Assembly: GCA_011109175.1 (NCBI GenBank)
Contig: RDEW01000019.1
Location: 779,823 to 843,822 of the forward strand
Reading direction: 5' to 3'
Length of the DNA: 64,000 bases
Source: Dicyema japonicum
Taxonomy: Eukaryota > Animalia > Dicyemida
Position 1 is the stretch's first letter. Each line of letters opens with the position of its first letter. A model generated the notes under the pieces. It saw nothing but the letters and a program-made list of their open reading frames with translations. It was not told the DNA's origin and searched no databases. The position numbers and the translations under genes are program-made. Shown one piece after another: positions 27,801 to 39,600 of the stretch.

Positions 27801-28812
27801 GGTGAGCGTCATTACATGTGACTTTCCTGGTGATATATTCGAACAGTTCTCAGGAACGAAAAAACCATTAGGTTTAATAAATCTTGCACGGTCCGTGTCT
27901 CCTCCTCTATTCTTCGATGTTTCACTGCGACCACGAGATCATCCGCATACGATAAAAGAATTGTGTTTTTGGTGGTTCAAAGATATGAAGTGGGAAAGTA
28001 CAAGATTATCTGAGATTTCGAGTTCCACAGTTGGAAAGTACAAGATTATCTTTAATCTTTGAATTCTGCCAAAACTGAGAAATTGAGGTATTCTGAAAGT
28101 TAATTTCATAAGATGTATTATTTTTGAGATCTATTCATTCCTCTCTTAATTCGGAATCGGAGTTTAAAATTTTGGATTTGAATGAATCGACCATTCACTG
28201 AGGAATATTAAAGTTTAGCAAATCCTGAAAACTAAAAAGAAGTTCAGATTTGGGGACTTAGAATAAACCCAAATAATAAGAATCTGCTTTAATAATTAGG
28301 GACTCAACTTATCACGAAGAAATTTATTTCACGCTACACAAACTAACTAATCACTTGATCCTAGCACGATCGATCAGGGACCTCATCTTGTCCGATGCTC
28401 CTCCCTCAACCCTACGCAAGCACGTATTGGTCGCATGACTGGACCTTCGCAGTCACGACGGTGTGTTCCATGATTCATTCATATCATGGCTTCAAGAGGC
28501 ATTGGTGGCTAAAACTCTCCAGAAATCCAGCGTTCCGTGATTTTGGAGGCTTTTTTTTCGGCTAGCCTCGATCTTCAAGACATTTATCCAAGAGATGAAC
28601 GGGCCCGAGATATCACATACGTAAGAGATGCATGGTTCAATGTATTGTTTGTATATATCACTCAAAATAGGATGATATCCATATTTCCATAAGCCTGACA
28701 TTTCAAGACATAATTAAATTTATGGTAGTCTTCTAAAAATGTTAGATATTGAATTTTTATTAATTAAATAATAATTTTTTAATCTATTTTTATTTTCCAT
28801 TATTTGTTCTTT

Positions 28813-31800
28813 GGCGAATTTCATATAGTTTGTTGTGGTGTTGACATGTCCGTTTCTAATCATACCGAGAAATCGAATCCTATGGGCCTTCCTGCAAAAT
28901 CAAATAAAGAAGATAGTTTAGTAGAAGCAGGACCGTCGTCTGTGGGGCTGGATAATGTCACAAGAACTAATATCAACATCGCTGGGAATATTGGTGCCAA
29001 TACTAACTTGCATTCATTATCTGCCATTATTGAAGAGGTCCACTGTGTCTCTGAAGCTGAGCGGGTATCTCAGATTTTTCTTGCCACGAAACAAAGATTT
29101 GGAAGGATACCTAGAGGTGGCTGGAACCTCGTACTCAAAAAGTTCAATGAAAAGTACTCCAAGAGTTCCAGTCTATGTCAACTAAAAAAGATGCTGAAAC
29201 CTGAAAATCGGAATAACAATGTAAAAGGAGCGAATGTTTCAAAGTGCAAAATAATACTAATGTGGAAATTTCCACCTTCAGAAATTGCCTTGAGGAACTA
29301 AAAGTACAAATTGAGAAAATTAAGTCAATTCCGAGGGATACTCGAAAACCAACACCCAAAATTCAGAGAAAGTATGTCAGAGTTAATGTTTTGTCGGGAC
29401 TAAATTCTGCAATATATTATATTACGAAAGATAATCCGCCTCAAGATATCAATCAAATTACTGATATTCTATATGCTGCACAGTGTGCTTATATGACTTT
29501 AACTGCGAAGGTTAAACCGCAAAGTACGTGGTTGGAGAACACTGAAAAGAAAATCTCAAAGCTGATGGCAGAACTAGAACTTGTCAATCGCTTTTCCAGA
29601 CAAGCTCTCCCTGTGTATGAAAAACAAAAGGTTATGGATGTTCTTTGTGCCTATGGATACAAAAGGGCCAAAAAGGGGAGGTTGCCAGGATTGAGGCTCT
29701 ACTATGTGACCTTGTAAGAATTAAGAAGAAGCAAATAGCTGTACATCATTCGAGGAAGAACTTTCGCAAGGACAACTGTTGTTTTGAATTAAATCGAAGA
29801 AGATTTTATCGGAACCTATCAGCAAGCAATGAAGTGACGTTATTTCGATGATGAGGATTGTATGTCGTTTTGGGAAAAAGTGTGGTCTAAAAGAAAAGAG
29901 ATGAACGTGCCATATGACAGTGTGGGTAAAGTAAATACTGGTATTGAAGGCATGTTGCCAGAGTTCACAAATGAGTTTATCCTGGATGTTATTAAATGGC
30001 TCCCTGATTGGAAGGCGTGTGGATGCGATGGCTCATATAACTTCTTCATTAAGAAAATGGAATCTTTACATGGCTTTTTATGTACTGAGATTAACCGAAT
30101 TATTAATGGGGAATATATGCCTGAAAGTTGGTTTTATACTGGAATAACCTATTTAATTCCTAAAAAGGATGATTGTGAGACTCCTAATGACTTACGTCCT
30201 ATCACGTGTATGCCAACTTTATATAAACTTATTACCAAATGTGTTAATTCCAAACTCTCAGATTTTGTGGATTCGTTTGGGCTATTATCTGACAATCAGC
30301 TGGGAACGAGGAAACATTGTCAGGGCGCTAAGGAACAGGCCCTTATTAATCAATGCTTAAATAAGGAGTATGGAAACGCCCTTTATTCTGCTTGGGTGGA
30401 TGTGAAGAAGGCCTTTGATTCTGTTGACCATGAATTTTTATTTCATGTATTGGACTGCTCAGGAATACCCCGTTGGATTGTAAACTTTGTAAAGACCATA
30501 GTCAAGAAGTGGACTGTAAATCTCCACTTAGATGGAAGAAGAATTGGTTCTGTAAAACTGGGACGGGGAATTTTGCAAGGAGATTCATTATCCCCTCAAC
30601 TATTTGTTATGGTAATGGAACCCTTGAGCAGGACCCTTAACTTTATGTTCCCAAGACTCCAAATTAATCAGGAGGATCCTAATACACTGACTTATTCTAC
30701 AAATCATTTGTTATTCATTGATGACCTAAAGATATTTGGGCTAAAAGAAGATACTGTTATTAAAATGATGGAAGTTGTTCGCGATTTCTTTCATGTTGCC
30801 GGCTTGGAGATGAATTCGGAAAAGTCACTGTCTAATGTTAAATCGTTATCATGTTGTGAGAATCTGGAAGGAGTCAGTGGATATCGATATTTGGGTGTTT
30901 TTGAAGATGAGGGAAGTAATGTTCTTAAAAGCAAAGTTATGGAGTCCATACTTGAAAATGTTAAGAAGAGAATAACCATGCTTTCAAAAACAAAGTTAAA
31001 TTCTGTGAACTTATTTCGCGCAATAAATGAATACGCAATGTCCCATATAACTATTATATAGGATTAATTAATATTGAACCATACGAATTTGATGATATTG
31101 ACCAACAAATACGGCAACTGCTTACGTCACTCAAGTTGCACCTCAAACCTGCAAATAAAGAGAGGCTGTATTTGGACAGGAAGACTTTTGGAAGAGGACT
31201 TTCCTCGATTTCATTAAAGAGCGAATTAATACTTTTCCAGTTTTTTAAAAGTTTGGAAAAACAGTCGACTGTGTGTTTGCGAAGGTCGGGGATTCTGCGA
31301 GTAATAAAAACAAAAAAATGGCACTTGGCTACAATCGCAGGATTTCTTGCCTCTAAATATGCAATTGCCGACAGGGAAAGCATGGATATTAAGTCCCTCA
31401 AGGACACTCAGAAAAAATATTTATTAAATAAAATTTATTGCAGAACACTACACTCAATTATGTTCAAATGTATTGATGAAACAAATGTCGACCTATATAC
31501 TTCCTCAGAATGGTTATCCAAAGGAAATAACGGCCCACGGAGCGAAGCATTGTACTGTCTTTTGCAAGATAGGAATTTGTTTTTTGCACACACGGGGTCA
31601 TTATGCAACCATTGTAAAAAAAGCAAGAAAACTGTTGATCATTTGGCCACTCAGTGTGGAAAAATGCTAAATAGTGATTATCTCCGAAGACATAATGAAG
31701 TGGTAAAGTGCATCCATCTTCATCTTTGTCGAATTTATGGAATCAAAAGAAGCAGGAAATTGAAAGGACATTCGGTTCAGTCAATATTGACGAATCAAAA

Positions 31801-32405
31801 TGTCGAAATTAGAGTTGACTCGTCGATTTTGACAGAAACAAAAGTCCAATACAATAAACCTGATATTTTCGTGTATGACAAAATAAAGAAGGAAGTAACG
31901 TTAATTGAAGTGGGGATTACCTCACAAGATCGACTAAAGCAAGTTGAAGTTGAGAAACTTCACAAATATGACTTGCTTGCAAATGAACTTTGGTTGCTCT
32001 ATGAATGCCAAGTGAAGATTATTCCAGTGGTTTTGACATGGGATGGAGTTGTTCAAGATGCTTCAAGAATCATATGGATAAATTATCTATTGAAGAATCA
32101 ACGAGGACTTACATCCAATCGGTTGTACTGAAGAGAACGCTCGAAAGTATGCTCATTGAACATAAGCATGGGATGAAGGTATACGATGAAGAGTACGCCT
32201 CTGCTACCTCCCAACTTGTGGAACTGGCATGCCGTGAAGACAGCCCACTGGACTCAAACGGAGATATTTTGACTGAATCTGATGTGGAGATGCGGAGTAA
32301 CAGGGAGGTTATGGCACACTCTTCTTCTAAGAGAAGAAGAGGGATTACCAACAATCTGGATCAAAATACGCTTAATTAATTAATTAGTTAATTTATTCGT
32401 TATTA
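28813..32405 (+). mobile_element. RLE-type non-LTR retrotransposon (R4/Dong-like), apparently full length, with ~5 frameshifts
   Basis: RT motifs LRPITCMPTLYK, VDVKKAFDSVDH, GILQGDSLSP, LFIDDLK and YRYLG; CCHC finger CNHC..TVDHLATQC followed by RHNEV; KPDI..IEVG..EK..KY endonuclease. Flanked by an 11-bp direct repeat ATTTGTTCTTT (28802-28812, 32406-32416). Confidence 0.9.
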
Positions 32406-32439
32406 ATTTGTTCTTTCCATAAAAATTAAAAAAATCAAT

Positions 32440-32498
32440 AATTAAAAATCCCACTGCCCAAAAGTAAAAAAACCAATCGTTTAGGTTGAGAACCACTG
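32440..32498. mobile_element. hAT-type terminal inverted repeat
   Basis: GGTTGAGAACCACTG at 32484-32498 (reverse complement CAGTGGTTCTCAACC). Confidence 0.45.
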
Positions 32499-32649
32499 AT
32501 ATAGACCAATCTTAATCCTAATAATCGAGTTGAGGTAGTTCTAGAAATGCTAAATTAATAGATGAAGATTCTAAGGGCAAAATATGGACTGTGGGAGGGA
32601 AAGACATAAAAATAGATAATAAAGTTATTATTTGAACTTGATAAATTAG

Positions 32650-32900
32650 AGTTTCGCTTCAGTCTCGGACCCAGATCATGCTTCTAAGCAAGCTAAGGAT
32701 CAGAAGAGAAGGAAATACCGAAGCATTTAGGATCACTTAGTTGCCCTATTTGGTGTTGAGACGTCAGGAATCCGTGACCCTATGCACACGATCTAGTCCG
32801 TCAGATTGACTTAATGATCCAAAGAGTCACCATAGATCAACGTGAGACTGGATGGCTTCGAGAGTGTATCTCGATAGGGGAAACACCATGGCGATTTAAA
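32650..32900 (+). mobile_element. CRE 3' fragment
   Basis: KRRKY...FGVETSG...DQRETGWLRECIS motifs. Confidence 0.6.
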
Positions 32901-33049
32901 TTCCCTAGATTAAGTGCTCTTTTGACTTTAATTTTAATAAATTAATAAATACTGAGAAATTAAAATTACTTGAAAGTTCAAGGTTAGGAAATCACAGATA
33001 TGTAACCAGAGGCCCATGCGTAGCTGGTGAGTCGTGACATATTCGAGAC

Positions 33050-34000
33050 TGTTTTCCAATGTCTTCTTTTTAACAAAGGTTCCGGGTTAACCATTCAACT
33101 TCTACAATCTTGACGACCCTCTCTCAGTTCATTCCATAAGGATTCAACGCGACAGAACAACATTTACGGACTGTTCTTGGTTCTCTGGCAATACCGAAAC
33201 ATTTGATTCAGTTTCAAGAAAGCCTTTAACGAAAAAATATTTGAAACGGATATCCGCCTAACCTAAAAAGATGGCTCTGAAACTTTTTGAGCGGAAGGTA
33301 TGGATTTTGCAACAACGTGAAATCAAGGACACACTTTGAATGGGGTGCTCCAAAGATCTCCACTATCACCAACACTGTTTAATTTATATACAAATACACG
33401 ACATGTCACTATCCAAAAAAAAAAACTTTTCTTTCATAGCGGACGACATCGTCATCGCTGCAAGGTATAGGGACTACGAAGTTGCCGCTCAAATGAGTCA
33501 GGAAATGCTTAACTCCTTAATCAAATGGTTGGAATGACTATGCTAGAGGTATCACCTACAAAGTCATTTGTGACCTTTTTTAAATCTTGCTGACTACAAG
33601 ACTGCCTAAGACCACGATTAACGACGTGGTAATTTTTTTGGCTACGCCGGTCATCCTGGGAGTGATATTTGACCAAGGATATACATTCACAAAACATGTT
33701 GAGAATCGGCTTACTGCGGTACTTACGAGAATGAGGATCTTGAAGATAATCTCTAAATCCCTCGGAGGAAACGCTGGGCACCTTTCCGCAGTCTACCGGA
33801 AATTTGTACAACCTGCATTGATTTACAAAAGTGAGTCGTGGTTAATGGCCATCTCCCGCTTTTCTCTCTCCTGAAACTGTTCGCCATTTAGGAAGCTACC
33901 AAAAGAGTCATTGGCACAGCTTTCTGTCCGCCCCCTTTGGAAACAGTTCTTGTTGGACTTCAACGGAAGTTGGTGGGCAGCTACTTTACCTAACAGCCCC
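33050..34000 (+). mobile_element. Degenerate LINE RT (same broad group as the 48712 element)
   Basis: NFLSGR, FIADDIVIAAR, ILGVIFDQGYTFTKHV and FVQPALIY motifs with many stops. Confidence 0.75.
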
Positions 34001-34522
34001 CTCTACAAAGCCATGACCAAACACCTTATAAACAACCCAAGATAAAAAAATAACTACATGTCCTTTCTGGAGAGCCATCCAGGATTCTCGTCGTTGGTTC
34101 AATGCACTTCTCGGATAGTGTATAATAATTACTGGTGATTGCATTAACCGCTGTAATTTATCATTTGTCCCTAAATTTTGTTGGTTTATAGGTTTCAACA
34201 CGAAAATTTAATCGTAACAATTGATTATTCCATATCGCCCGTCAACTTCCGCTTCCTGACCCTATGAAAGTTAACCCGTGATTCAACTTTACACGTAATC
34301 AAACAAAATGAGACAAGCCGATTGATATAATCTGATTTGATTCTTACATTATACCTTACTTGGAATGATCAAAAACGCGCGCTCATTTTATTTTATTTAA
34401 TTTTTCAAAAATTTTAACGACTTTACGAATTTTTGTTTTATTTCTGTTTATTGGTAATAAAATAAAAATTATTTTAAATTTTTTGAGTGAAAATATAAGA
34501 TTATTAATACTTATTAGTATTC

Positions 34523-35235
34523 ATGTTCGGACTGTAGGCTTATTATTTTAAAAATATTCGCAGAGGCAAAAATAAGACATTTAAACCACGAAAGGACATC
34601 AAAGAGGACAATCGACATTTCGAACTCAAGCAGATAATGGACAAAACTTTGGGGGCGACGAACATCAGATCTGCTGTCAAAGTCCCTTTAAACAGTAACA
34701 CTAACGAATGGATTGCTGTTAACAGTATTTCTAAATTTATTTTGCAGCTGTCGACTTTTATAATCAAATTTCCTTGCTTTATGACACTTTCTCGGACTTT
34801 TGCACTGAAGCGAGTTGTCCCACCATGTCCGCTGGACCGAAATATGAGTACCACTGGGCCAGTAAGAACCAGAGAAAGCCAATAAAGTTATCAGCCCCCG
34901 AGTACATCGCCAATATGATGGAGTGGGTCTATGACATCCTCAATGATGAAGCTGTATTTCCTACGCATATGGGTACCCAAATTTACCATATTTTAGATAG
35001 TCCTTACCCTAAAAACTACATGAGCATTGTCCGCAAAATCCACTGCCGTTTATTTCGTGTGTATGCCCACATCTACCACAGCCACCTAGAACAAGTGAAA
35101 GAACTAGATGAAGACGCCCACCTAAACACGTCATTTAAGCACTTTACGTGTTTCAACGGAGAATTTGACCTAATCCCCACCAAGGAGCTAGCCCCAATGG
35201 AGTCAGTAATAGAAAAAATAATGAAAAATAGCTAA
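34523..35235 (+). CDS. MOB1: MOB kinase activator (MOB1 family), 3 introns (31, 23 and 24 nt)
   Basis: Spliced product MFGLGKNKTFKP...NEWIAVNTVDFYNQI...CPTMSAGPKYEYHW...RLFRVYAHIYHSH...HLNTSFKHF. Confidence 0.93.
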
Positions 35236-35246
35236 CATTAGTATTA

Positions 35247-36121
35247 TTAACTTTTACTAATAAAACTGGCGTAGTCCCCTCCTAAAAGAGACCCAGCATC
35301 CTTATCTATGAACCAAAGAACTGAGTGTCCACCAACCATTGATGAAGGAATAGACGGGTTCTGAGTCTCTTCGAATATTTTCTAAAAGAGATCCCTTAGA
35401 TGTATACCTTTACTGCGGTAGCCTTTGAAGAACCCATTACGGAAAATATTATCACGTGAGCTTGGTTGAGGAGCTTGAGAGAGAAGGTGATCCTCTTTAA
35501 TGGTTTTTTGGGAGAATCAAAAATAGGGACCACAAGGGATTGACTCTAAAAGATACCCAGTCTTAGAATAGAACCGAAAGGGCAGCGTGATTAGGGAACA
35601 GAGAGCACGTGTGTCCATCGGGGCCCATTCCTAGAACAATCAAGTCAAAAGAAGGAGGTCTATTAGAAAATACAGAGGTGATTGAATTTTGGTAGGCTTG
35701 AGCTGATTGGTCCACTGAATTATAAATAATAAATACGGTGGATATTGAGCGAAATAGGAAATGTCGACCCCTCTGGAACTCCAGCAGGTTCAAAAAGGAG
35801 ACTTTGATAGACTCGGAAGGTAGAATCGGGGTCATTCAAGGAGACAAATCTCTCGTCAGCCAAGAATATCCGCCAATTATTCCATTCTATCTGAGAGGAT
35901 GCTTCCAAAAGTACAGGGCACAAAATATTAGCCACACTGCCTCCTAAGAGTAACAAAGCACGTGTGTACCGGATAGAGCTATAGTAAATATTCCATGTTT
36001 GTCTATTGCTTTCTTAGCGGAGTCTAATATAACGCTGCATAACTTTTGTCCCATTTCATTATCATCGTTAAGAATGGTTAGTTCCTTCTAATATTATCAA
36101 ATGCATAGAAATAACCGTCAT
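35247..36121 (-). CDS. PGLS: 6-phosphogluconolactonase, 5 micro-introns
   Basis: FTIALSGGS, WRIFLADER, FDLIVLGMGPDGHTCSLFP, DSPKKPLKRIT and VLWFIDKDAG join in frame after intron removal. Confidence 0.92.
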
Positions 36122-36213
36122 TCTGACTATTAAATTATTATTTAAATTTTATTTTTTTGAATAAAAATGATAATATTTAATCGTTATATTTAGAACACAA
36201 GAATTCGGATATT

Positions 36214-36390
36214 CGTATGCTTCCCGGTTGGAATCTCATGGCTGTCCATTCCGACCGAAATTTCACGTGTCTACAATGCTTCCTGGTTTGAAGCCGTCAT
36301 CAGTAACACCTCACTGCGAAACCGAATTACCTACAGGGAAACACGCAACAAAAATAAAGAAGTTTAGAACATGCCTCGGCCTTCCAACAA
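36214..36390 (+). mobile_element. SINE-like family B (tRNA B-box-like head)
   Basis: CCCGGTTGGAATCTC head; the body aligns with the reverse complements of 57440-57630 and 43752-44290. Confidence 0.6.
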
Positions 36391-36665
36391 TTAATTAACA
36401 TAACTTTTCTTTACTCTTAATATCAGGTGTGTCTTGCATGTGCTAGTTGCAAGTATCTTGTAAAAATGCTACTGAAAAAATTCGGATATTAAGAATTGAT
36501 TCCAGCCAATAATGAGGACATTATGTTTGACCTCAGTCGAGAGGAAGTGAGCACACAAAGACAGGCAAAAAAGAATAAAAATAAAAAAATCATTTTTTAT
36601 TTTTTAATTATAATAAAATTATGACTGTCGCTAAGAAAATTTAAAATTGATTTTTAATGAAATTA

Positions 36666-39600
36666 TCAGATAATATTCATTTGCTAAGACTAAGTATTAC
36701 TAAAACCATTTGTCGTTGTTCAAGATGCCTCAATCTGTTCCTCAATGTTTCATTTTCATGCTCCAGTCGTATTAATTTGATTTTATTCTCGTCGGGAGAT
36801 AATCCCCAGTTTTCCTCACTTTCTGTTTCTCTCACAAATTTCTATCAAAATTATTTTTTCTTATAAACCACGTGGTCCTTTTGGAGATTTTCAAATGAAA
36901 CTTGCACTGGAACCTGGCAATACTAATACAAAACGTACCTCCACTTTTGTGGGCTCTTTTTTCAGATACTCGTTTTCTTTTTAACTTGTATCAGGATTTT
37001 CTTGAGTTTGGCTAGGGATTAAAGGTGGTGATACAAATGTTTTCCACGTGGTCTTCTTTATCTTTTTCCAATCCCTTTATGGACATTTCATAGTTTTTAT
37101 TCTGTTGCTTAGCATTGCCGAGTTGCCGAGTGACTACTTTAAGTTTGTCCTAGTAAATTAAGGAATAATCCTCAGAACTTGGAGTTCCTGGCGGTCTTGG
37201 AGACTTTGAGGCTTCCTGGTTCCTTTATCAGATGACAAGACCACCAAATTTTGCTTCAATCCGCTGATTGTGTTTGTGTGTTCCTGAAATAGAAAAATAC
37301 AAACTAAGTTTTCTTCTGTTTTTAATGACAGCTGTAATTGGAGGTCCTTCATTTCCTGTTTAAGTGAAGATTCCTTGTCTTGTGCAGTGTGCTGTTCCAC
37401 CTTTAGTTTACTGATTGTATCGTTCTTCTCCTTCACGTCGATTTTCACTTTATGCAAAATATTTTTCACTTTTTTCATTTCAGTACTGCGTTTTTCTCTC
37501 AATCTATAAAATTGAAGGAAAGTGAGTACTCTAAGATCTCCCGCTGTGATTCTTTTATTCGACCCTCGTAGCTGTCCCTTATCTTATCGATTTGATTTCT
37601 AGTTTCCTTGATCTGATCATTTAGCGAGCCAATCATTTTTTTCTGATAAGTGATAGTTTCTTGGAGTTCTTCCCTGATCATGTCTTCTTGGATCTTATCT
37701 TTCGAATAATCGACTGGTGGGTTGAATAATTTTGTCTCAGAGACTTTCATATTCAGCTTCGTTAGCATCTCCTGGTATTCTTCATGTCGCTTATCAGCCA
37801 CTTTGTTGGATTCTGAGAGTAGATCTCTCAGCTGATTGATTGTCACGTCTTTTGATTCCAAACACCTTTTAAGAGACTCAATGTTCATCAGAGCAGCGTC
37901 CAATGCCTCAAATACACGTGGAAAGTACTTTCTTTGAATTCTCAGATTTGATTTCTTCACCAAACGGTACCTCGATCTCCAAAAGCTTGATTCTCAGTTG
38001 TGAAATCAACTCATCCCTTGATAGGACTTCTCGCTCACTTTTTTCCAGCAAATTTTGAGATTCCAGTAGTTTCTAAAATTTGAATATATCTATCACTTTC
38101 TCAATCTTTCGAATGGTCTTTTCCGTCTCAGCCTCTACATCCTTCATAGGCTCCTCCTTTCTCGGAATCTCCCCGATTATCTGGAAGTCCTAAATTGATT
38201 TATTTTATTCTCACGTGGTTAAAATTAAAAAATCTTTTGATAACAACATCAAAGGTTTCCACCGAATATTTATTCATTAAGGAATTCTATATTTCATTTT
38301 CTCAGAAAACTTTAATTAGCTTTGCGTTTTCCTCCTCCAATTCCCTTAGAATTTGTTCTTTCGCTGAAAAATCTTCCATCATATTTTGCATTTGTCTCTC
38401 AAGGTGATCAACTTTTCGTTTTCTTCTCGTATTCTCGAGTTTCATCGAATCGAAATCTTCAAACTTATCCTTGTAAACTTGGTCTCCGATATTTTTTTCA
38501 AACAAACACAACTTTTCCCTAGATTTCTCCAATTCTTCTTGAATATCCGACATTTCTTCAAAAAACTGGATTATTTACATTAAATCACTTTATTTAGCTC
38601 ATTTCTTAGTTTTTCTTTTTCCTGACATGAAAACTGCAAAAGTAACGCCGACTTTTCGTGAATAATAAAAGGGACCGAACTGGCGTAATTTGAACGAATA
38701 TCCTAACAAATGACTCCCGCCGAATTACGGAAATTATTGACTGAAGTTGCCTGATCTTCTCAGCCGCATCGATTTGATGACAAAATGAATTATTGTCACA
38801 AAAATCGAAATATTTTATCAGCTTTAAGTTCTCAGTTTCAATTTTCTTCAGTTTCTGATTTGCCGTGACCATCGTTTGATTTGCGTTTGTTTCCGCGATG
38901 CTGTGCTTTACAATTCTTCGTATAACTTCCCTTCAAGTAAAACACAATCTCCACCAAAGACTTCCTTTTCTGGAGTCTGCAGCTCATAATCGCGGATATA
39001 TTCGTTTAAAACTTTGATTTCCTCGTTTAAATTCGTGTTTTTGCTATTCAACACTCCCATCTGAGATGTTAGAACATCAGAAGATTCCTACATTGCCTTT
39101 CTACGATTGTACCTTCAGTCGTCTAATTTCATTGTTTACCAACATTTGGTCCTTCTCTGCTACAGTGAGCTCTTCGACCATTTGTCGTACTCTTTTCTTG
39201 AAACAGAATCAAAAATTTACAAAACTAATTACCGGATAGCTGGGACAGTAAAGAAGTCTCTGAAGACTGCAACTCAAAGTTTGTTTCCGTCAGCTGAGAA
39301 GGTAGATGGTAAATAATACCTGAGTGATATTCTTTTCCAGTTGAGAGTTTCGCTCTTCGGCTAGTTCGAGAGACTTTTTCAGTTCCTGTTGTACCTTTTT
39401 CCCGTAATCAATTCTCTGCCTGTCCTCGACTTCTTTCATTTCGAAAAATCTCAGACGCATTCTCAAGCTATTATCACTTTCAACTGAAATACTAATATAT
39501 CTGACATACTCGTCTCCCCCGACTGTTTTTGTGATTCCAAAAGGCATATTTTGGCTTGAGCTACCTTGACCTCTTCTTCCAAGGAGTTTTTGTCATTAGA

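Larger units (their letters stand above)
17639..28659. repeat. Segmental duplication, copy 2 (lacks the ~1.55 kb found at ~1556-3103 in copy 1)
   Basis: Same gene and TE order as copy 1; paired ORFs are offset by ~16.12 kb after the indel. Confidence 0.95.

Noticed and set aside
36202-36490. 12-bp direct repeat AATTCGGATATT as the TSD of the family B copy
   Set aside because: The first copy abuts the head, but the second lies ~90 bp beyond the alignable 3' end; not accepted without a consensus.
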